From Lama guanicoe (taxonomy: Eukaryota): 32,238 bases of DNA. The DNA lies in the NCBI GenBank assembly GCA_013239625.1, contig MU054204.1:582879-615116 (forward strand), given 5' to 3'. Shown here in pieces: positions 10,881 to 21,086 of the stretch (the stretch's first letter is position 1; each line of letters opens with the position of its first letter). The notes beneath the pieces are model-generated. The model saw nothing but the letters and a program-made list of their open reading frames with translations, searched no databases and was not told the DNA's origin. The position numbers and the translations under genes are program-made.

Positions 10881-11200
10881 TAACATTTTTTATTGATTTA
10901 TAATCATTTTACAATGTTGTGTCAAATTCCAGTGTTCAGCACAATTTTTCAGTCATTCATGGATATATACACACTCATTGTCACATTTTTTTCTCTGTGA
11001 TTTATCATAACATTATTTACAATGTTGTGTCAAATTCCAGTGTTCAGCACAATTTTTCAGTCATTCATGGATATATACACACTCATTGTCACATTTTTCT
11101 TCTCTGCGATTTATCATAACATTTTGTGTATATTTCCCTGTGCTATACAGTGTAATCTTGTTTATCTATTCTACAATTATCCCAGTCTATCCCTTCCCAA
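10832..11200 (-). mobile_element. Young L1 3'-end fragment nested in the 3'UTR of the antisense L1
   Basis: Reverse complement of the element at 337-564. Approximate TSD tatagtttattt (10820-10831) / tgtagttaattt (11204-11215). Confidence 0.85.
10908..11123. repeat. Tandem duplication, ~108 bp period, 2 copies
   Basis: acaatgttgtgtcaaattccag starts at both 10911 and 11019. The copies differ by one indel and one substitution (tttttttctctgtg vs tttttcttctctgcg). Confidence 0.96.
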
Positions 11201-14200
11201 AATTGTAGTTAATTTATAATGTGTAAGTTTCAGGTATACAACATATGACTCATAATTTTTAAAAATTATACTCCATTTATATATATTATAAAATATTGGC
11301 CATATTCCTGGTTCTGTAAAATATATCCTTGTAGCTTATTTGTTTAATACATAATATTTTGTGCTTCTTAACCCCCTACCCCTATCTTACCCCTCCCCAT
11401 TCCTTCTCCCCACTGGTAACCACTAGTTTGTTCTCTAGATCTGTGAGTCTGTTTCTTTTTTTGTTATATTCACTACTTTGTTGTATTTTTTAGATTCCAC
11501 ATATAAGTAAAACCATACAGTATTTGTCTTTCTCTGTCTGACTTACTTCACTAAAAATAATACCCTTCAGGTCTATCCATGTTGTTGCAAATGGCAAATT
11601 TTCAGTCTTTTTATGGCTGAGTAGTATTCTATTGTACATATATACCACTTGTTCTTTATCCTTTCATCTGTTGATAGACACTTAGGTTGCTTCCATATCT
11701 TTGCTACTATAAAGAATGCTGCTATAAACATTGGGGTGCATGTATTTTTCTGGATTAGTGTTTTTATTTTCTTCCAATATATACCCAGGAGTAGAATTGC
11801 TGGACCATATGGTAGTTCTCATTTTAGTTTTTTGAGGAATCTCCATATTGTAGTGTACAAGGGTTCGCTTTTCTCTACATCCTTGCCAACATTTGTTATT
11901 TGTAGACTTTTTGATCATAGCCGTTATGACAAGTGTGAGGTGATATCTCATTGTGGTTTTGATTTGCATTTCTCTGATGATTATTGATGTTGAGAATCTT
12001 TTCATGTGCCTGTTGGGCCATCTGTATGTCTTCTTTGGTCAAATGTGTACTCAAGTCTTCTCCCCACTCTTTGATTGGGTTGTTTGTTTTTCAATATTGA
12101 GTTATATGAGCTATTTTTTGGATATTAACCCCTTATTGGTCCTATTTTTGCGAATATTTTCTCCCATTCTATAGGTTGTTTTTTCATTTTATTGATGATT
12201 TCCTTTGATATGCAAAAGTATTTAAGTTTAACTAGGTCCTATTTGTTTATTTTTGCTTTTATTTCTTTGCCTTAAGAGACAGATCCAAAAAATATTGCTA
12301 TGGCTTATGTCAAAGTGTTCTGCCTATTTTTTCTTCTAGGTTTATTGTTTCAGGTCTTACATTTAGATCTTTAATTCGCTTTGAGTTTATTCTTGTATGT
12401 GGTGAGGGAAAATGTTCTAATTTCATAGTTTTACATGTGGCTATCCAGTTTTCCCAGCACCACTTATTGAAGAGACTGTCTTTTCTCCATTGTATATTCT
12501 TTCCTCCTTTGTTGTAGATTAATTGACAATAAGTATGGGGGCTTATTTCTGAGTTCTCTATTCTGTTCCATTGACCTATATGTCTGTTTTAGTGCCAGTA
12601 CAATACTGTTTTGATTACTGTAGTTTGTAGTATAGTCTGAAGTCAGGGAGTGTGATACCTCCAGCTCTTCTTTCTCAAGATTGTTTTGGCTATTCAGTGT
12701 CTTTTCTGTTTCCATACAAATTTTGAAATTACTTGTTCTAGTTCTGTAAAAACACCATTGGTATTTTGATTAAGATTGCATTGAATCTGTAGATTGCCTT
12801 CAGTAATATGGTCATTTTGACAATATTAATTTTTCCAGTCCATGAAAAAGGTATATCTTTCAATGTGTTTTTGTCATCTTTCATCAGTATCTTATAGTTT
12901 TCTGAGTACTGGTCTTTTACTTCCTTAGGTAAGTTTATTCATAGGTATTTTATTCTTTTGGATGTGATTGTAAATGAGATTCTTCCCTTAATTTCTCTTT
13001 CTGATATTTCACTGTAAGTGTATAGAAATACAATTGATTCCGGTATCTTAATTTTGTATCCTGGAACTTTACTGAATTCATTCATGAGCTCTAGTAGGTT
13101 TTTGGTGGTGTCTTTAGAGTTTTCTATGTATAGTATCATTTAATCTGCAAACAGGAACAGTTTTACTTCTTCCATTCCAATTTGGATTTCTTTTATTTCT
13201 TTTTCTTGGCTGATTGCTGAGGCTGGAACTTCCAATATTGTCTTGAATAAAAGTGATGAGGCTGTCATCATTGCCTTTTTCCTGATCTTTGAGGAAATGC
13301 TTTCAACATTTCACCACCATTGAGCATGATATTAGCTGTGGGATTATCATATACAGCTTTTATTATGTTGAGGTATGTTCCCTCTATACCTACTTTATGG
13401 AGAGTTTTTGTCATAAGTGGATACCAAATTTTGTCAAAAGATTTTTCTGCATCTCCTCAGATGACCATGTGGTTTTTATTCTTCAATTTGTTACTATATC
13501 ACATTAATTGATTTACAGATACTGAACCATCCTTGCATCTTTGAGATTAAATACCATTTGATCATGGTGTATGATCTTTTTGATGTACTGTTAGATTGCT
13601 AATATTTTGTTGAGAATTTTTGGATCTATGTTAATCAGTGATACTGGCCTGTAATTTTCTTTCTGTGTGTTATCTGTGTCTGGTTTTCATATCAGGGTGA
13701 TGCTGGTCTCATAGAATGAGTTCAGAAATGTTCCTTCCTCTGCAGTTTTTTGGAATAGCTGGAAGATAGGTGTTAACTCTTCTTTAAATGTTTGGTAGAA
13801 TTCACCTATGAAGCCGTCTGGTCCTGGATTTTTGTTTATTAGAAGTTGTTTTATTACTGATTCAATTTCCTTACTGGTAATTGGTCTGTTCATATTTTCT
13901 ATTTCTTCCTTGTACAGTCTTAGGAGATGGTACCATTCCTAGGAATTTGTCCATTTCTTCTATGTTGTCAATTTTATTGGCTCATAATTCATAGTAATCC
14001 CTCATGATCCGTTACATTTCTGTGGTATCAATTGTACCTTCTTTTTTTATCTCTGATTTTATTCATTTGGGCCCTCTCTTTTTTTTTTTTTTTTTTTTTT
14101 TATTTTTGATGAATCTGGCTGAGAGTTTATCTATTTTGTTTATCTTTTCAAAGAACTAACTCCGTTTCATTGATCTCTTCTATTGCATTTTAGTCTCTAT

Positions 14201-16138
14201 TTCATTTAGTTCTGCTCTGTTCTTCATGAATTTTTCTCTACTAATTTTGGGTTCTTTGTTGATCTTTACGATCATTACCCTGAACTCTTTTGCAGGTAGA
14301 TTGCCTGTCTCCACTTCACTTAGTTCTTCTGGGGTTTTATCTTGTTCCCTTGTTTGGAACATGTTTCTCTATTGTCTCATTTTGCCTAAGTTTCTGTTGG
14401 TGTTTTTATGTTTCTGGTAGGTTGGTTATGTTTCCTGATCTTGGAGAAGTGATATTTTGTGGGAGAAATGCTATATGTCCCAGCAGTGCACTCCTCTCTT
14501 GTTACCAGAGCTAAATGCTCTAGGTGTGCACCCTATGTGGGCTGCATGTGTCCTTCTGTTATGGTGGGCTGACTACTGTGGGTGGTCTGGTAGGCATGGC
14601 CAGCCCCTAGTCTGGATGGTTGCCAGGTCCTGCATTGTTCAGAGGCTGCTAACTGCTGGTTAGTGAGGCTGGGTCACTAGGCTGCTGGCTCTGAAACACC
14701 AAGGGGCCTCAGGGATAGTGCTGGCTCACTAGTGGATGGATTCAGGGTCCAGGAGATCCCAGGGCTGGTGCCCACCCACTGGTGGTTGAAGCCAGGTCCT
14801 CAAGCTAGTGGAGGCCCACTGGCCAGCAGAGCCATTTCCTATGGTCTGGCTGCAGAGCCCAGGGCTCCCAGGGCTTGTATCAGACTGCTGGTGAGTGGAA
14901 CCAGTTCCTGCCACAGCTGACTGCATGGTCTGGGGTGTCCTGAAGCTTCTGTTGGCCTACTGGTGGGTGGGGCCAGGGATGGTGCTGGCCTGCTGTTGGG
15001 TGGGCTGGGTCTGCAGGCTATGGGGCTGCAGTTGTCTTGTGACTGGTGTCTAACCACTCATGAATGAGGCTGGTACTTAGACTAGATGAGGCTCACTAGT
15101 GAGTGGGGCTGTGGCCCAGCCAGTCCCAGGCAGGTGCTGGCCTGCTGGTGGGTGAGCTTTGTCTTCAGGCTGCAAGGCTCTTGTTGTCCTAGGGTTAATG
15201 TCTGTCCACTGGTGAGTAAGACTGATCCCTAGGCTAGAGAAGGCTGGCTGATAGGTGGGGCAATGGATTCTGGGGCTTGTGCCTGCCCACTAGTAAGTGG
15301 AGCTGGGTCCCAAGTCTCTGGCTACAGAACCCTGGGGGTCCCAGGTTAGTACACACTTGTGTGGGGGGATGGGTCCTGGGACCTCTGGTAGGCAAGGCCT
15401 TGTTTAGAGATGGCTGTGGGCTCAGAGGATCTTAAGGCAGCATGTCTACTGATGGATGGGGCTTGGCCTGAGTCATCCCAGCACTGGTGCCTATAGGCTG
15501 TTGGGCATTGGCAGGACTGGGTCCTGAGGCTAATAAGCTTGAGGGATGATTCCAAAATGGCACTTGCCAACTTTAGTGTCCACATGGTAGTGTAAGCTCC
15601 CAAACATGGCTTCCACTTGTGTCTGTGTCCTCAGGGTGAGCTACAGTTGCCTCCTGTCTCTCTGAGAGACTCTCCAAGATCAGCAGGTAGGTCTGACACA
15701 GGCTCCTTTCAAATCACTGCTTCTGCCCTACGTCCTGGAGAATGTGAAGTTTTGTGTATGCCCTTTAAGACTGGAATCTATTTCTCACAGCCCTCTGGGA
15801 CTCCTGAAAGTAAGCCCCACTGACCTTCAAAAGCAAACATTCAGAAGTGGGCTGTCTTCCTGGTGCAAGACCCTCGGGCTGGGGAGCTGGATATGGGGCC
15901 TCTTTTCTTGGGGAGAACCTCTGCAATTGTAATAATTCTCCTTTTTGTGGGTCACCCACCATGGGGTTTGGGACTAGGCTATTCTACCCCTCCTACCCAT
16001 CTCGTTGTTCCTTCTTTACATCTTTAGTTGTAGATCTTTTCTGCTAAGTTCTGGTCTTTTTCATCAATGGTTGTTCTGTAAATAGTTGTAATTTTGGTGT
16101 GCCAGTGAGAAGAGGTGAGCTCAGGGTCTTTCTACCCT

Positions 16139-16148
16139 GCCATCTTGG
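16139..16148 (-). promoter_or_regulatory. YY1-type motif (CCAAGATGGC) at the L1 5' terminus
   Basis: gccatcttgg on the + strand, about 10 bp inside the TSD, the usual position of the L1 YY1 site. Activity unknown. Confidence 0.6.
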
Positions 16149-16158
16149 TGGATCTCCT

Positions 16159-16307
16159 TGTCTAGAAACAATTTTGACTATTACAACTCAGGGGGAAGGG
16201 TGTGCTGCAGGCTTCTGGGATTCTACTAAACTTCCTACAGTACACAGGACAGCACAAAGAACTATTTAGCCCAAAATATCAGTAGGTGATGATGTTAAGA
16301 AACCCTG
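16159..16307 (+). mobile_element. MER20 right part
   Basis: tgtctagaaacaattttgactattacaact...ctaaacttcctacagtacacaggacagcacaaagaactatttagcccaaaatatcagtag...gttaagaaaccctg continues MER20 to its 3' terminal repeat. Confidence 0.88.
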
Positions 16308-16399
16308 ATGTAGACTTTCTAGCCTTTTAGATGATTCCTAAAGCTGATTATTCTAGACAAGAAGAAACTAAGTATGGACTTCTTCTTAAAAGGTTCCTT

Positions 16400-19300
16400 T
16401 TCCCTCTGCCTTGCTCCCACCAATGGGTATTATCTTTGTGCTCTCCTTCTTTGCTCAAGCTCACCAGTATCTCCTGTAAAGGAGCTTGTACCTTCATCAG
16501 GTGCCCCCAGGGGACACCTCTAGATTACCTGGATCTGATGGCCTGCAGGGCTTATGCCCATGGGTTCCAAAGAACTCTAATAAATGAAGAAAGAGTTCTT
16601 ATAGCTGTCACCTCCAGGGCACAGCAAGAAGCAACAGTCTGAAGAGCCCAGTTTTTCTGCAAAAGAGGTCTATTAGCTTATCTTCATAGTTTCAGCCTGA
16701 GGAGCAGATTTTTAATTAAACATACATCTAAGGGCCAACTCTAATCCTTCCCAGAGACCTCAGAAGGCAGGTGCTATTTCATGCTCTCCTTCTACTATGA
16801 CCCAGTGTGCCAGTGTCTCCTGGAGAGGCACTGTTGCACAAGTCTTGTGCCCGGTATTTTGCAGTTGCTGCCCAGGAAACACCCTTTCATCTCCTGGCTA
16901 TGGTGGCCATCAGGGCTTGTATTTTGGGGTCCCATGGGACTATAACAGAGAGACAGTTCTTGGCCGACAGCCACCCCAAGGGCACAGCACACAGAGTAAG
17001 CTAAACCACAACCTCAGTCTTTCTGTGAAAGAGGCCCATTTGCTTTTCCCAGAGCTTTGGCCTGAAGGCCAGGCCTCTGATTTGACACACATCTAAAGGC
17101 CTACTGAGATGCTCTCTGAGGACAGAGGCTGGCAGATGCCATCTTTGTGCTCTCCCTCTGACTTGCAACATTTCACAGACATCTACTAGAAAGGATCATG
17201 TACATTCATCTGACATCCCAGTTTCTGTAACTGCCATGCAGTGGACATCTCTAGGTCACCTAACTATGACAAGCAGCGGGACATACAGATTCAGTCCCAT
17301 AGAACTGTATATATTTGCACACTCTAAAAGATGCAGCCTGAGGGTCCAGCTACTAATCAGCCTGAATCTAGGTACTGATTGAGATCCACCCTTTGGGACA
17401 CTGAGGTCTTGGGTACCCTCAACTACTGGGAGCCACTAAAAAAATAGCTTGCTTGAACAATCACAAAACTTGAGAAAAAACCAAGAACTAGGGCAGGGTT
17501 TAATGACAGATTCATCCCCTCCATGAGGCCATTCCCTCAAGATTGGGAGAGGAGGCTGTTAGTGCTAAAAAACCAAGCTCTCTCTTTCTGGACCTGGCTA
17601 AGGAGGGGGCCCCATCATGGGAGTTGACATCCTCCACAACAAGGAATGAAAGATTTGGTGCAAGGACCCCAAGAGCCAGGACATCTACCTAAGGCTATTG
17701 GTCAAGCTGTACAGGTTTCTGGCCAGACAAACCAACTCCACCTTCAATCAAGTTGTGAAGAGACTGTTTATGTGTCACACCAACTGGCCACCTCTGTCCC
17801 TTTCTCAGATGATCCAGAAGATGAAGCTTCCTGGTTGGGAAGGCAGAACAGCTGTGGTTGTGGGGACCATAACCGATGATGTGCATGTCCAAGAGGTGCC
17901 CAAGCTGAGGATGTGTGCCCTGTGAGTGGACAGCCATGCCCAGAACCACATCCTCAAGGCTGGGGGCAAGATCCTTACCTTCAATCAGCTGGCCCTGGAC
18001 TCGCCCAAGGACTGTGGCACTGTCCTGCTCTCTGGTCCTTGCAAGGGCCAAGAAGTATACAGGCATTTTGGAAAGGCCCCAGGAACTCCACACAGCCATA
18101 CCAAACCCTATGTACCCTCCAAGGGCCAGAAGTTCAAGCCAGAGGGCAATGCACCAGCCGCAGCTACAAAAACTAACCCCAGATCCTGCCTTGTTATTAA
18201 AAGATTTTGGATGCTGGAGAAAAAAACACAGAAAGTCAAGAACAATGAAGAAACAGAGTAATATGTTCCAGATGAAAGACTAAAATAAAACCTTAGACAA
18301 AGTCCGTAATGAAACAGAGGTAAGTGATTCACCTGCTAAATAGTTCAAAATCATGGTCATAAAAATGTTTACTGTGATGAGGAGAAGAATGGATGAACAC
18401 AGTGAGAACTTCAACAAAGAGAAAGAAATTATAAGAAAGTACCAAACAGAAGTCACAAAGCTGAAGAATACAATACCAGAAGTGAAAAATGCACTAGAGA
18501 AGTTCAATAGCAAACTAGATGAAGCATTCAAAAAGATAAGAAAATTGAAAGACAGGACAATGGAACTCATCCAGTCAGAGCATCAAAAAGAAAAAAAAAA
18601 CACTGAAAAATGTGAAGATAACTTAGGGGACTTATGGGACAACATCAAGCGGATTAACATTGACATTATAGGGGTCACAGAAGGAGAACAGAGAGAAAGG
18701 GACAGAAAAATTATTTGAAGAAATAATAGCTGAAAACGTCCCTAACCTGGGGAAGGAAACAGACATTCAAGATCCAGTTAGCCCAGAGAGTTCCAAATAA
18801 GAGGAACCCAAAGACAGCCACATGAAGATACCTTGTAATTAAAATATCTAAAGTTGAAGACAACAAGAGAATCACAAAACAAACAAGAGAAAAACAATTT
18901 GTTACATACAAGGGAATACCCATAAGACTATCAGCAGTTATTCAGCACAAATTTTGCAGACCATAAGAAAATGGCACAATATATTCAAAGTGCGGAAAGA
19001 AAAAAAACTTCCAGCCAAGAATACTCTACCAGACAAAGCTGTTCTTCAGAATTAAAAAGGAAATAAAGTTTTCCAGACAAGCAAAAGCTAAAGGAGTTCA
19101 TCACCACTAGACTGGCATTACAAGAAATATTAAAGGGACTTCTATAAGCTGAAAGGAAAGGGCAGTAACATGAAAACATAGGAAAGTATAAAGCTCATTG
19201 GTAAATGTAAATATATAGTAAAATTCAGAATAATATAATGTTGTAAAGGTAGTACATTAATCACTTATAAAAAGTAGTTTAAAGGTTAAAAGATGGAAGT

Positions 19301-21086
19301 GGTAAAAATAACTATAACTACAATAATTTGTTAAGTGATACACAAAATAAAAACGGGTAAATTGTAAAATCAAAACATAAAAAGTTTTTATGGGGAGAGT
19401 AAAAATGTGGAGCTTTAGAAAACATTCAAACTTAAGTGGTTATCAACTTAAAATAGGCTGCTATAAATATAAGCTATTATATGTAAACCTTATGGTAATG
19501 ACAAAGCACAAACCAGATGTAGATACACAAAAGGTAAAGAGAAAGGAATCTAAGTATACCATGACAGAAAATTATCAAATCACAAAGGAAGAGAGCAAGG
19601 GAAGAAGAAAGGAACAGAGGAAATACAAAACAGCCAGCAAATGATTAACAAAATGGAAATAAGTGCATCCCTATTAATAATTGCTTTAAATGTAAGTGGC
19701 CTAAATTCTCCAATCGAGAGACATAGAGAGGCTGAATGGATAGAAAAACAAGACCCATCTATATGCTGCCTACAAGAGACTCACCTCAGATATAAGGAAA
19801 CACACAGACTGAAAGTGAAAGGAGATATTTTGTGCATATTCAATCCAAAAGAAATCAAGGGCAGCTACACTTATATCAGACAAAACAGACTTTAAAATAA
19901 TGAATGTAATAAGAGACAAAAATGGAGACAATCCAACAAAAGGATATAATATTTGTAAATATTTATGCATGCATCATAGGAACACCTAAATTATAAAGTA
20001 AATACTAACAGACCTAAAGGATGAAATAGACAGCAATATATTAAGTGTAGGAGACTTTAATTTTCATTCATAGGTAGATCATCTGGAAAAATCAATAAGG
20101 AAACTGGCTTTAAATGACATGCTATATCATATGGACTTAACAGGTATATACAGAACATTTCATCCAAAAGCAGCAGAAAACAAATTCTTCTCAAGCACAT
20201 ATGGAACATTCTCGAGGATAGGTCATATGTCAGGCCACAAACAAGTCCTCATAAATTTTAAAAGATTGAAATCACATTATCTTTTCTGACCACAATAGTA
20301 TGAAACTACAAATAAATTATAGGAAGAAAACTGGAAAATTAACGAATATGTAGAGATTAAACAATATGCTACTGAACAACAAATGGGGTCAATGAAATAA
20401 AAAAGTGAAATGACAAATGAAAATGGAAAAACAACATACTAGCATATGGCATGCAACAAAACAGTTCTTATAGGGAAGTTCATAGTAATACATGCCCACA
20501 TCAAGAAAGAAGAAAATTTCCAAAACAACTTAAATTTACACCTCAAGGACTAGAAAAAAGAAAATATGGAGCCCAAAGTTAATAGAAGGAAGGAAATAAC
20601 TAAGATCAGAGTTGAAATAAATGCAATAGAGACTAAAGGGAAAACAGAAAAGATCAGTGAAACTAAAATAAACAAAATTGACAACTTATTAGCTAGACAT
20701 ACCAAGAAAATAAGGGAAAAGATTCAAATAAAATCAGAACTTAAAGAGGAGAAATTGCAACCAATATTAAAGAAATAAAAGGAAGCATTTCACAAAATTC
20801 AACATTCACTTATGATAAAAACTCTCAACAACATGAGTATAGAGGGAATATACCTCAACATGATAAAGGCAATGTATGACAAGTCCACAGCTATCATCAC
20901 ACCCAATGGTGAAAAGCTGAAAACTTTTCCTCCCAAATCAGGAGCAAGAAAAGGATGTCCATTCTTACTACTTTTATTCAACATAGTATTGGAAGTCCTA
21001 GCCACAGAAATTAGTTAAGAAAAAGAAATAAAAAAACACCAAAAGCAAAAAGGAAGAAGTAAAACTTTTTGGAGATGACATGATGT
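16400..21086 (+). mobile_element. Sense LINE-1: monomeric 5'UTR, ORF1 remnant (~18245-19147), inter-ORF region, ORF2 remnant (~19653-21086); interrupted by the RPL18 retrocopy; no 3' end in this orientation
   Basis: ORF1 fragments (RRMDEHSENFNKE...DLWDNIKRINIDIIGVTEGE), ORF2 EN start (IIALNVSGLNSPIERHR...ICCLQETHL), RT (SGARKGCPFLLLLFNIVLEVLA) and ggagatgacatg (GDDM) at ~21071-21082. Confidence 0.93.
17578..18226 (+). pseudogene. RPL18: Processed pseudogene of ribosomal protein L18 (eL18)
   Basis: Intronless. 5' TOP tract ctctctctttc, ATG at 17617 (MGVDILHNKE*...[19 protein letters not shown]...[16 protein letters not shown]...[17 protein letters not shown]...YKN), TAA 18174-18176, ATTAAA 18196-18201, short A-tail. 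In-frame TGA at 17647 and 17923, a 3-bp deletion and a 4-bp frameshift near 18139 (560 bp versus 567 expected). Confidence 0.97.

Larger units (their letters stand above)
10780..16158 (-). mobile_element. Antisense LINE-1 with both termini (3'UTR, most of ORF2, start of ORF1, ~1.75 kb GC-rich 5'UTR) and a large internal deletion
   Basis: Minus ORFs [55 protein letters not shown] and ORF1 start MFQTREQDKTPEELSEVE. Its 5' end reads aggagatccaccaagatggc on the minus strand. TSD tatctggagacttttt (10764-10779) / tgtctagaaacaatttt (16159-16175). Confidence 0.95.

Noticed and set aside
14079..14101. 23-nt poly(T) run as the tail of a separate insertion
   Set aside because: L1 ORF2 continues collinearly on both sides; this is expansion of an existing T-tract.
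14457..17096. Cluster of GC-rich ORFs or a CpG-island gene promoter
   Set aside because: Lies in L1 5'UTRs, is CpG-depleted, and the ORFs are explained by base composition.
17698..18261. Functional RPL18 retrogene
   Set aside because: Two in-frame stops, a frameshift and widespread loss of conserved arginines.
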